A DNA stretch of 64,000 nt from the NCBI RefSeq assembly GCF_018350175.1, contig NC_058383.1:9426001-9490000 (forward strand), given 5' to 3'. The notes under the pieces were generated by a model. That model ran no database searches, was not told where the DNA came from, and saw only the letters and a program-made list of their open reading frames with translations. This stretch comes from Felis catus (taxonomy: Eukaryota). The first letter of the stretch is position 1. The number at the start of each line of letters is the position of its first letter. Below are positions 1 through 12,400 of this stretch, one piece after another. Made by a program: the position numbers and the translations under genes.

Positions 1-39
<39 letters not shown>

Positions 40-165
40 CCCAAGCAGGCTCCACGCTGCCAGCACAGAGCCCAGTGTGGGGCTCAAACCCACAAACCAT
101 GAGATCATGACCCAAGCTGAAATCTAGAGTTGGACACCTAACTGACTGAGCCACCCAGACGCCCC
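1..165 (-). mobile_element. CAN-SINE (partial)
   Basis: (AG)n tail + gagatcatgacc...gagccacccagacgcccc. Confidence 0.9.
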
Positions 166-334
166 TCTGGATTATCTTTTTAAGTTTGTTTGCTAAGCCA
201 CATTTTGAGAGACAAAAAAACAAAAACAAAAAAAAAACAAAATAAAAAACAAATTTCTTCCCTAGGGAAAGAAAATACTATTATATTATTATATACCATA
301 CATATTCTATATAGTACTTTTTCCTTCCTTTCAG

Positions 335-480
335 GAACTGGATGCATTTCAGCCCTACCCTGTTGAAATAATTCCAGGTAGAATCTACCTGGGCAATTTC
401 AGGCAAGCCTGCGACCCGAAAATTCAGAAAGATTTGAAAATCAAAGCACATGTCAATGTCTCCATGGAGGCAGGGCCATT
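335..480 (+). CDS. STYXL1: STYXL1 coding exon (4th from last)
   Basis: tttcag|GAACTG...CCATT|gtaagt; [48 protein letters not shown]. Confidence 0.95.
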
Positions 481-3400
481 GTAAGTAGAAATACTATTGA
501 TTTTTAAAAATTGAGTATGTATATAAGATTCCTGGTGCTGTGCATTTATAGAGCTGAAGGCTCTGTACTTATCATCATCTGTTTCTTGTTTATAGTCTAT
601 TTCCTGGCTTGGCCATGGCATCCTCTGCCTCTAACTGAGACTCAGTACTTGCCCTTTAAATCTCATCACAGTCAGGGGCACCTGGGTGGCTCAGTCAGTT
701 AAGCGTCTGACTTTGGCTCAGGTCGTGATCTCACAGTTCATGAGTTCAAGCCCTGCATCGGGCTCTGTGCTGACAGCTCAGAGCCTGGAGCCTGCTTTGG
801 ACTCTGTCTCCTTCTCTCTCTGCCCCTCCCTCACATGTACTCTGTCTCTCTCAAAAATAGACCATAAAAAAAAATTAAAATGAATGTACTCAAAAAAAAA
901 AAAAAACTCACCACAATTAATGCTTTCCTGGCATTTAGCATTATGGAGCAAAGTATCCTGTTTTGCCCTGCTTTGCTTATCTCAGGCCCTCTAAGAAATG
1001 ACCCCCGTCTTAGTCCTTTGGGACTGCTATGGCAGAATACCATAGACTGATGGTTCTGGTGATTCATAAAATAAATTTACTTTCTCACCATGTGGAGGCT
1101 GGGGAAATTCAAGATCAAGTCGATTTCATTCCTGGAGACAGCCTGCTTCCTGACTCATAGATACCCCTATTTTTACTGTGTCCTCACATGGTGGAAGGGG
1201 CAAGGGGGTGATCTGGGGCCTTTTGTACAAGGGTGTTAATCCCATCCATGAGGGCTCCACCCTCATGACTGATTTATAGTCTCACTTTTGTTTTAAATTT
1301 TATTTTTTTAATTAACATACAAATTAGCGTATAGTGTAACAATGATTTCAGGAGTAGATTCCTTAATGACCCTTACCCATTTAGCTCATGCCCCCTCCCA
1401 TACCCCCTCCAGTAAGCCTCTGTTTGTCATCCATATTTATGAGTCTCTTATGCTTTGTCTCGTTTCCTGTTTTTATATTATTTTGTTTCCCTTCCCTTAT
1501 GTTCATCTATTTTATCTCTTAAAGTCCTCATAGGAGTGAAGTCATATGATAGTTGTCTTTCTCTGACTAATTTTACTTAGCATTAATACCTTCTAGTTCC
1601 ATCCACATAGCTGCAAATGGCAAGATTTCATTCTTTTTGATTGCCGAGTAATACTCCATTGTGTATATATACCACATTTTCTTTATCCATTCATCCGTCG
1701 ATGGGCATTTGGGCTCTTTCCATACTTTGGCTATCGTCGATAGTGCTGCCATAAACATGGGGGTGCATGTTTCCCTTCGAAACAGCACACCTGAATCCTG
1801 TGGATAAATGCCTAGTAGTGCAATTGCTGGGTCATAAGGTAGTTCTATTTTTAGTTTTTTGAGGAACCTCCATACTCTTTTCCAGAGTGGCTGTACCAGT
1901 TTCCATTCCCATTTACAGTCTCACTTTAAACAACCCCCAAATCCCAGACAAAACGTGAAAGCAAGGACTTTCAGACAATGGCCGGCAGACAGCACAGGAG
2001 ATTGATTCCTCAGACAAGGGGAAAAAAAAAAAAAACCCAGATGAGCCCCTCAGTTGATCCAGTGTATTGGTAGGAGACTGTTCACAAGTCACAGTACAGG
2101 AAGGGGGCCAAGACACATTGCGTCATTCTTTCTGAGTTGAGGGTACAAAGTTGAGAATTCAGAGAAGTCAAGTTGGCTAGAATTTGTGGGAGAGAACTGC
2201 ATGGAGAATAGAGAGCTGAATATAAAGAAAAGGTCTTGGGGCAGCTGGGTGGCTTACTCGGTTAAGTGTCTGAGTCTTGATTTCAGCTTAGGTCATGATC
2301 TCATGGTTCCTGAGTTCAAGCCCCACATCGGGCTCTGCGCTGACAGTGTGGAGCCTGCTTGGGATTCTCTCTTTCTGCCCCTCCTGTGCATGCACTCCCT
2401 GTCTCTCAAAATAAATAAGATAAACTGAAAAGAAAAAGCTCTTGAATCCCCCCAAGTTTTTAGCTGGATACTGCTAAACACGTGAATGTGAGAAAACTAC
2501 TCAAGGCTGGGAGAAAAACCAATAGAAATGAGCTAACAGTACAATCTCCAGTACTGATCTCCAGGCCAGAGTAGTATGTGTTTCCAATCAGAGGAGACAA
2601 AACTGACTATATATTGGGCATCAAATAGAGCACTCAGAGAAGTATTGCCTCGGGGCGCCTGGCTAGCTCAGTTGGTAGAGCATGCAACTCTTGATCTCAG
2701 GGGTCTGAGTTCAAGCCCCGCATTGGGTGTGGAAATTACTTAAAAATAAATGGTTGTTAAAAAGAAAAAAGTATTGCCTCAGTTGTGAGGCCTAGATTAA
2801 GGATGAAAAAGAAAATGTCTGAGATGAAAAATACACTGACTGGAATTAATGGCAGATAAGACACTGCAGAAGAAAATATTGGTGAATTGGAAGACATACT
2901 AGTAGAAAGTGTCCAAAATAAAACCTAGAGAAGAAAAAGAAAAAAAGAAAAACTAGAACAGAACTTCAGTGAGATTAAGAAAATTCAAGACGCCAAACAT
3001 ATGTGTAAATTGGAATCTACAAAGGAGAGGAAAATGAGACAGAACACATATTTAAAGAAATAATGGCCAAAAGTTTTTCAAATTTGATAAACTATAAATA
3101 AAATTTACCACTAGAAATAATAATTATGTGGATACATATAAAATACTTTACCCATCACTTTTAAATCTCTTCAAAACATAATTGACCACAGAAAAAATAG
3201 TAACAATGTATTTTGGGATTATAACATATGTAGAGGTAATATGGCCCACAGTTTACTAAAGCAGGAAGAGGAAAAATAGAAGTATACACCTGGAAGATTC
3301 TTACCCTATTTACATGAAGTGGTACAATGTAATGAAAAGTTGAAGATGTGTTCTAGAAACTCTAAGGCAGTGACCAAAAGATAGAACAAAAAATAAAACA

Positions 3401-6400
3401 AAGAATTATAATGAATAAGACAAAGATACAAGGGAATCATAAAAAAAATCAATCCAGGGGCATCTGGGTGGCTCAGTTGGTTAAGCGTCCAACTTCCGCT
3501 CAGGTCATGATTTCACAGTTTGTGAGTTCGAGCCCCACGTCAGGCTCTGTGCTGACAGCTCGGAGCCTGGAGCCTGCTTCGGATTCTGTGTCTCCCTCTC
3601 TCTCTGCTCCTTCCCTGCTCACATACTGTCTCTCTCTCAAAAATAAAGATTTAAAAAAATTAAAAAAAAATCCAAAGAAGGCAGGATGAGGGGAACAGAG
3701 AAGAGATGAGACCAATAGAAAACAAATAGCAAGACGATCATGTCAATAATGACACTAAATGCAAATGGTCTAAATACCCCAATTATAAGGCAGAGGTTGT
3801 AGGCTGCTTATAAGAAACGTACTCTTTTTGTAAAGTTTATTTAAGTAACCTCTACACCCAACATGGGGCTCGAACCCATGACCCCAAGATCAAGAGTTGC
3901 ACGCTCTTCTGACAGAGCCAGCCAGGTGCCCCAGAAACATACTTTAAATACAAAACAAAGAGAGGTTAAAAATAAAAGGATGGGAAAAGACATTTCAGGC
4001 TAAGATTAATTAAAAAAAAAAAAACACAACTTTTGGAGCGACTCCATTATTAGATAAATTGACCTTCACAACAAAGAATACTACCACATAAAAATTCCCC
4101 TCATTTCATTAAGGGAAGGTGGTCAGTTAATCTAGGTGCTAGATTCTAGAGAATCCACAATTATTTTTTTAAATTTTTAATGTTTATTTATTTTTGAGAG
4201 CGTGAGAGAGACAGAGCATGAGCAGGGGAGGGATAGAGAGAGGGAGACACAGAATCCGAAGCAGGCTCCAGGCTCTGAGTTGTCAGCACAGAGTCTGACA
4301 CGGGGCTCAAACTCACAAACTGCGAGATCATGACCTGAGATGAAGTTGGATGCTCAACCGACTTGAGTCACCCAGGTGCCCCAAGAATCCACAATTATTA
4401 TCAGAGATTTCAACATCTCTCTTGACAGACAATAGGTTATAATTTTAAAGATTAGAAGAGCACTACCATCCACATTTACCTAGTTGACAATTATAAGGCA
4501 CTCTACCCAATAAAAGTAGTGTTCTTCTGGTCTTTGAATGTGTTCTATAGTACACATTCTTTTCAAGGGAACATGGAACATTTTTTGCCAAGATAGAATA
4601 TTCTGGGCATTAAAACAAGTGTCAAAAGACAAATAATTTGTTATAAAAATTATGTTTTTATGTTCTGACTACAGTGGAATTAAGTCAGAAACCAATAACA
4701 AGATATCTCGGAAAAATTCCAAATGTTTGGAAACTAAGTTACACACTTCTAAGTAGCCTATGGGTCAAAAAGAAACCAAAAGGGAAGTTAGAAAGTATTT
4801 TGAACAGAATGAAAATAAAAACACCACATGTCAAAATTTGTGGATGCAGGTACAGCAGTGCATAGAGGGAAATTTATAGCCTAAATGCCTATATTTGAAG
4901 AGTTTCAAATCAAGGACCTAAACTTCCACTTAAAAAAAAAAATTAGAAAAAGTAAGCAGGAGGAAGGAAATGATTAAGAGCAGAAATAAGTGAAATAGAA
5001 AACAAAACAATTCCAGAAACTCAATGAAACCAAAAGCTGGCTCTCTGAAAAGAGCGATAATATTGCCAAACCCATTCCACACTGATCAAAAAAGAAGAGA
5101 GACAAGACAAAAATCATCAATCTTAGGTACAGAGGAAGGAAAATTTTCATTCCAGATGCTACAAATGTTAAAAAGCATTCTGTGGGCATTTATCCCACAG
5201 AGGTGAAAACTTATAATTACACAAACCTGTGTGTGAATGTCCACAATGGCTATTTAGCGGATGAATGGTTGGACAGACTGTGGTGTACATATACCATGGA
5301 ATCCTACTCAGTAATAAATGGAATGAACTCCTGGTACGTGCAACAACTTGGGTAAATATCCAGGGAATTAACACCAAGCTGATGATGATGATAATAGTAA
5401 TGATAATAATAAGGCCATCCCAAAAGGTTACCTGTTGTTCCATTTGTATAGCATTTTTGGTTATCACAAAATTTTAGAAATAAAGGACAGATTAGTGGTT
5501 ATCAGAAATTAGGGAAGTTTGAGTTTGGGGCATGGGGTGGGGCAGGTATGGTTACAAAAGGGCACACGTGAGGAATCCTTAGTGTTAGAGCTGTTCAGTA
5601 TTTTTGTTTTTTAAGTTTATTTTGAGGGAGAGAGTGCATGTGCAAGCAGGGGAGGGGCAGAGAGAGAGGGAGACAGAAAATCCAAAGCAGGCTCCGTGCT
5701 GATAGCACAGGGATCAATCCCATAAGCCTGTGAGATCATGACCTGAGCTGAAATCAAGTCAGATGCTTAACCAACTGAGCCACTGAGGTGCCCGAGAACT
5801 GTTCAGTATTTTGGCTAGTATCTCCCGGATACATAAATCCGCACGGGTGATAAATCTGTATAGAACTTATTACATGCATGTGCATATGCACGCGCACACA
5901 CACAATACAAGCAAAACTGGGGAAGTCTGAATACAGTTGGTAGATTGCATCAGCATCAATATCCTGGGCTATTATAATACAGTTTTGCAAAATGTTATCA
6001 TTGGGGAAACTAGGCAAAGCATACAGTGAATCTCTCTGTGTTATTTCTTATAACTGCGGGTGAATCTAGAGTGACCTCAGTAAAAGTTTTAATTAAAAAT
6101 TTAAAAATAATTAGGAAATATTACGAGTAATTTTATGCCAACACATTTGAAATTTCAATTAAATGAACCCGTTCCTTGAAAGACTCAAGCTATCTAATCA
6201 CCTGATAACAAATAGATCATCTCTGGGTGCCTGGGTGGCTCAGTTGGTTAAGCATCTGATTCTTCATTTCGGCTCAGGTCATTGATCTCATGGTTTATCT
6301 CTTCTGGGTGTGGGGCTTGATCCTACGACCCTGAGATCATGACCTGAGCCAAAATCAAGAGTCAGATGCTCAACCAACTGAACCACCCAGAAGTCCATGA

Positions 6401-9400
6401 TCCACTTTGAAATAATTCTTGCATATGGTGCCAAATGTAGAGCTAAGTTCATAGTTTTTGGTTTTTTTGTTTTGTTTTGTTTTGCTTTTCAGTAGGGTCT
6501 GTGCCCAATATGGGGCTTGAACTCATGACCCCGAGATCAAGAGTCACATGTTCTACCAACTGAGCCAGCCAGGGGCCCCCATTATCTGTTGAAAAAAAAT
6601 GATTCTTTTCCTGTTGGACTGATTAGATACCTTTGTTGAAAATCCATTGACCATGTGTGTGTGGGATTATATCTGGATTCTTCTTCTTTTTTTTTTTTTC
6701 TGGATTCTTTATTCTTTTTCACTGGCCTGTATTTTTATACCAGTTCTGCACTCTTGACTATTGTAGCTTTTTCAGAGTTGTCTCCTTTGCATTTCCACAT
6801 ACATTTTAATTTTTTTTTTAATGTTCACTCATTTTTGAGAGAGACAGACAGACAGATAGAGACAGAGCTCGAGCGAGGGAGGGGCAGAGAGAGAGGGATA
6901 CACAGAATCTGAAGCACGCTCCAGGCTCTGAGCTGTCAGCACAGAGCCTGACGCAGGGCTTGAACTCACGAACTGCAAGATCATGACCTGAGTCCAAGTT
7001 GGACGCCCAACCAACTGAGCCACCCAGGTGCTCCTCTGTATATATTTTAGAAGCAGCTCGCCAGTTTCTACAAAAAGCCTGCTGGAATTTTGATTGGGTT
7101 TGAATTGTATCCATAGGTCAGTTTGGGGAGAATCTTACCAACATTGAGTCTCCTGATCCATGAGCATAGTCTATCTCTCCATTTACTTAGCTCTTTCATT
7201 TCTCTAAAAAATGTTTTATAATTTCCCAGTGTACATGTTTTACACACTTCGTGTCAGATTTCTTCCTAAGTATTTGATATTTTTTGACGTGGTTATAAAT
7301 GGTATTTTTAAAATGTCAATTTCTGATTGTGCATTGCTAGTATATAGAAATGCAGTTGATTTTTATAGTAAGCTTGCACCCTTCTACCTTCTCCATCTAG
7401 ATGCCTCCTACACTGTGGAGCTTTCCCCAGCTCCCTCAACTTCTCTCTGCTCTTCTTCTCCAGTATCACATGCAGGTCTTTATCCCCAAACCTAGCCAGT
7501 TGGATTGGGACCATTTGTTTCTGTGTCTGCCTCCCCCATCAGACCGGGAGCTCCTTGACGTTGGGAGAGGCCAGCTCCTATTTGGTTCATCTTGCGCCCA
7601 CTAGGGTCCAGCCCACGGTCCGGCACACAATAAATAGTCATTGAGTGAGTGTCTGAGGAAAGAAAGAATAGATGGGTGTGGATGGATAGATGGAGGAGGG
7701 AGGGGGGAGGAGGGATAGATGGAGGAGGAAAGGATGGATGGATGGACGGATGGATGGGAATTGTATTTGCTAAACCAGGCTATTTTTGTTTCTGAATCTG
7801 CTGCAACTTCCTGCGTGCCACAGTGGTCTGCATACTGCTGAATGTCACCAGTAGACCGCAGTCTTCATAAATAACATTGACCAAATACTTACGGCATGCT
7901 GGACATTCTGCAAGCTCCCTGCAGGCATCTTCTCGTTAAACGTGTCACACACCTCCTCCCTTCCTCTCTCTCCTGTGTTCATAAAGTTCTAGCCACTCTG
8001 ATTTCTCTGTTGGTTCTCAAATCCATCAAACATACTCCGTCTCTGCACCTTTGCCCTGTTCTCCTCTGCTCGGGGCCCTCTTTCCTCAGATGACTGCTTG
8101 GCTTGTTCCATCACCTCTGTGAAGCCTGTGCTCAAATGTTACCTCCTCAGTGAAGCTTTCCCTGACCGCTAGAACAGCCACCTACCACTCTCCATCTCCT
8201 ATCTGGGGCTTTCTCCGTTTAACGTGACAGGTGCATTCTCCCAGCTCATTACCTGTTCCTTCCCATCCTCATTTTACTCTCTGCACCAGATTCTAGGAAA
8301 GTACCACGTTTGGTTAATAATGATAATGATGTCCTGTTTCTTGAGCGTTTATTCAAAAGTGTGCCAAGCAGACTGCCAATTGCTTTACATAGATGAACGG
8401 ACTTCACCCACATGACACACCTATGGGGTAGGGGCTTTTTTTTTTTTTTTCTGCGAGAGGTCCAGTTAGTTGCCTGCTGCTGTGGACGAGGACCGCTCCA
8501 GCGAGCCTGTGTGTGAGGCCGCCCGATTGCCTGCTTTCCTTCTGTTTAGTTTTGTAGATGACGCTGACAGCCTCCTGCACATCAAGATAGAAGATTCCCC
8601 GGAAGCCAACCTTTCCCCCTTTTTAAGGCACCTCTGTCACTTTCTCGGTAAGGGGCAATCTCCAACCAGGAAGCCACTGGTCTGTGCCCAGGGGCCAGAA
8701 GGGCTGTGGTACCTTGTCCACGCTTCTGCTTCTGATTGTGACTGTCAGCACTGAGGAAAGAAAGGGTGGGGCCCAGCACAAGCCCGGCTAGGTGTGGCCA
8801 AGCCCCAGGACAAGCTGTCCCTCAGGAGCCCTTGACAATGAGGGCAGCCACATGTTTACCTTGGGGGTAGTGGGGCCAGATAAGACCACCGGATTGCAGA
8901 TTGAGCGCCCTGCATTCTGACCCTGGCTGGACCAGTAGGCCCTTTTGGGTCCACTTAAGCCTTGGTCCCGGCCTCACTGCACCTGTTGGGAAATGAGAGT
9001 GTTGCCTGCCTCCCTCCCCCCACCACCTGCTGTGGGTGCATATGGTCAGAGCAGCCTGCTCTGGGCTCTGGGAACCCAGAGGTGAATCATACTCCGTCCC
9101 TGCCCTCCTGTCCTGTCAATGGGTGGAATGGATGGAAAATTCCAGAACCCTCCCAGCTCTGACTTCCAGGATCCCCAGTGTGTGTGCCCAGTGTCCCTTT
9201 GGTTCTCCCATCACACATGGCAGTGCCCACCAATCACTTACCTCATTGAGGGTGCAGTTTTCAGTCACCCCAGGGCTCACGATTGCCCAAGGAGAGCAAG
9301 ATGGCTGGAGAGATTGAGGTTGAGTCCAGTCAGGGACTCTACCCCAGGGCTGCCTGCTGGGTACCACTTTAGCCCCCAGCCCACATGGCCACACCAGGGG

Positions 9401-12400
9401 CCAGAGAATGGCTTTTTGGCCCAAACATCCTTATTTGCCCGGGAGGTTGCAACATTCACTTGACCAGTATCTAGGCTGTGACTTGCCCTGTGTCCCACCT
9501 TGGGATGGCAGAGTCCTGTGCCATAGAGGCCCCCTCTCCAGCCCTACCTTGCTGGGTGGGACTTGCTGGGCCAGTCCTTAACTGCTCTGTGTCTCTGATT
9601 CCTTGTCTATATGATGAGGCACTTGGCCTTAACCATCTCCTCCAGTGCTGACAGTCTGCAATTTCACATGTGGTATGTTTATCTCCAGTTCTCAGAGGTT
9701 ACCCGATCAGCCCAGGGTGCCAGCTTAGATTTCCTCCCCACCCCTCACTGGGCGAGCCTCAGCCTCAGGGGCGTTATTAAATGTGATCATAGCTGACCTC
9801 TCCGTGTCAGGCATGGGGCTAAGCACAGGACAAAACCTTTTGAGGTAGGTAGTATACTGTAACCCCATTTTCTGGAGGATAAAACTGTGCCTTAGAGTAA
9901 CATGCTCGGGTCGTACAGCCAGTGAGTGGCCGAGCCAGGATTCATACCCAGGCCGTACTGCCTCTGTCAGCACCCCCATGTCCTGGGGGAACCATCTTCT
10001 CATCCCACTCAGGAGGCCAACTGGTAACTGAGCTTCTTGGGCTAGAAACCTGGAGAGCCCCCCCCCCAAAAAGACCTTTGCATGATAATGCTGAACACCC
10101 AGTGTGATTTTCTTGAACTGCCAGTGAGGTCTGAGGACCTCCATGTGCCAGGTGATGAAACAGTGTCCCAGAGATGTTGCGTGACTAGCCTATGCCATGG
10201 TGTGCTGGGTCTGAACTCACTCTTGGACCATGGGCCCCTGAAGCCAGTCAGCTTACAGCAACTAAGGTCCACAGGGAACGAGGCCATGCAGGTCCCCCGC
10301 CTTTCCTTCCTCTTGCAGAACTTCACCTCCAGCTTGGCTCTGTCATCCTGGTCTTTTCCACCCTGGGCATCAGTCGCAGCTGTGCGGCCATCTTGGCCTT
10401 CCTCATGCACTGGAATGAGCAGACCTTGAAGGTACGCACTCCCTAGGCGAGGATCAGACTGCAGCTACCTCCAGCAGGCAGTGTCAGAACTGGGCCTGGG
10501 AGGAAGGGGGCCCAGGCACTACCTTGGGGCCCTAACTGGGGGGCGGGAGGGAGAGGGGTCAGGGAAGGGAGCTCCAAGTCTAGGGCTCTATCCAGCATAC
10601 ACGCCCAGGGGCAAGGTCCCAGAGGTCTGGGCCAGGGGCTGAGGCTGTGACATTAGAGACCTGAGGCTTGGCGTGTGGGGCAAGCCCAGAGACTCAGGCT
10701 GGGCAAGGCCATGGCCAGCCACACCCTCGTCATGTCCCTCCTCAATCTGACTACTGGCATTTGTTCAAGCTTCTCCCAGGAAGGTAAGTTTTCTCTATTG
10801 CTGGGAGCCAGAGACTTGCAGCGCCCCCAGGCTCCAAGGGCACCTACTCTGACAGTCTTTACCCAGATTGGAGAAGGGGGCAGAGACCTATCTCCACAAA
10901 CCCTGTGGAACCAGGGCTCCTGGTGCCAAGGGCAGTGCGTTCTGAGTGCGCTGGGAAATGGCAGATCTGCCCTGAGGGGAGGAACAGCTTGTGCGTGATT
11001 TCCGAGGACTTGGGTAGGACCCACACAGCTCCCATATATGCCCGGGGCTGTGCTTGGAGGAAGGGGAGCATCGAAGAATGACCATGGTCAGGGCCTACTG
11101 CTGGTGGTTTTGGATATTGACCCCACATGCTCTGTGGGGGTGAAATTGCAAGCTAGAAGGAGTCTTAGACGGCCAAGAATTCTACCTGTGGGTACATACC
11201 TGGCAGAAGTGAAAGCAAAGACTCTGAAGTTTGTAGAACCATGTTCTTGGTTCTACACTTGGTTCAGCACTGACAGTAGCCGGGAGGGGGGAGTGACCCA
11301 AGTGTCCATCGACAGATGGGAAAATAAGTGGGTAGTCTATCCAAACAATGGAATATTAGCCTTAAAAAGGGAAGACATTTTGACACCTGCAACATGCATG
11401 AACCTGGAGGACATTGTGCGGAGTGGAATAAGCCAGTCACAAAAGGACAAATACCATATGATTCCGCTTATATGAGGTACCCGGAGTCGTCAAAATCACA
11501 GACATTGGAGGTAGAATGGTGGGTGCCGAGGGCAGAGGGCAGCGGGAACGGGGAGCTGTTTAATGGACCTGAAGCTTTGGTTTGGGAAGATGGAAAAGTT
11601 CTGGAGATGGATGGTGGTGCTGGTTGTGTGATGCGGGGAATGCACTTAATGCCACTGAACTGTACGTCCAAACCCGGTTACGGTGGTAAGTTTTCTGTAT
11701 GCGTATTTTACCACAATTGACACCATTGAAAAAGAAAAGCATCTGGATGCAGAATCGCAGGCCTGGAGCGAGAGAACCAGACCCCTGTTCTCACCCCGTG
11801 CAAGGTGAATTGTCGGAGGTCATTGCCTGCTTGAGCGTTTTGGTGTGTGCTGCAGGGAAGGGCGTGATGTTGCTGATAAATCTGGGGAGGGAGGCCTGTG
11901 CCGTTGCTCCTGTAGAGTTGTCTCTCCAGCCACCTCCCCAGGAATGGGCGCTGGCCTGCAAGGGGCCCCTTCTCCGCTGCCTTGTTGAGCTGGAATGTGG
12001 AGAAGACTGGAGCTGGCAGAAGGTGTGGAGAGCTCACTGCTTGCAGGGGGTGTTCCAGGATGGGAGCTCCCCAGGAGTTCGAATGGGGCCAATGGGAGCC
12101 CTGGCCTGCTGGGGTCCCTGATTTCCTTACGGCTCACGGTGAGGTTTGGGTACAAAAAGGTCGAGCGAGAATCTTGCAGTTCTGATATTTAGTGATATTT
12201 CCCAGCCCTGACAAGCACATCACAGTCTTCTCTCTGCTCCCAGGCTTCCAGAGCTGGCTGGGGTGAGTGCAAGAGGGAGGGTTCACCCACCTGGCTCCTC
12301 TGAGTTCTCTAGCAGCGAAGGCCAGGTCCCCTCAGCGATGTGGTGGCACCCATGGGCCCACCCACGGGTCCCCACATAACTCCAGCAGTGAATTCGAGGG

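Larger units (their letters stand above)
2800..6220 (+). mobile_element. Old L1 fragments (ORF1, ORF2, 3' end) interrupted by SINEs
   Basis: A-rich L1-like sequence with ORF2 and 3'-end remnants ([14 protein letters not shown]). Confidence 0.7.

Noticed and set aside
686..883. Recurrent MAQSVKRLT... peptide family in many ORFs
   Set aside because: These are translations of CAN-SINE copies.
2652..2735. tRNA-like sequence with A and B boxes
   Set aside because: It has an A-rich tail and a TSD, so it is a tRNA-derived CAN-SINE, not a tRNA gene.
10355..10380. Missing catalytic Cys in STYXL1 as a sign of pseudogenisation
   Set aside because: Loss of the HC motif is the normal, known state of MK-STYX, and the frame and splice sites are intact.
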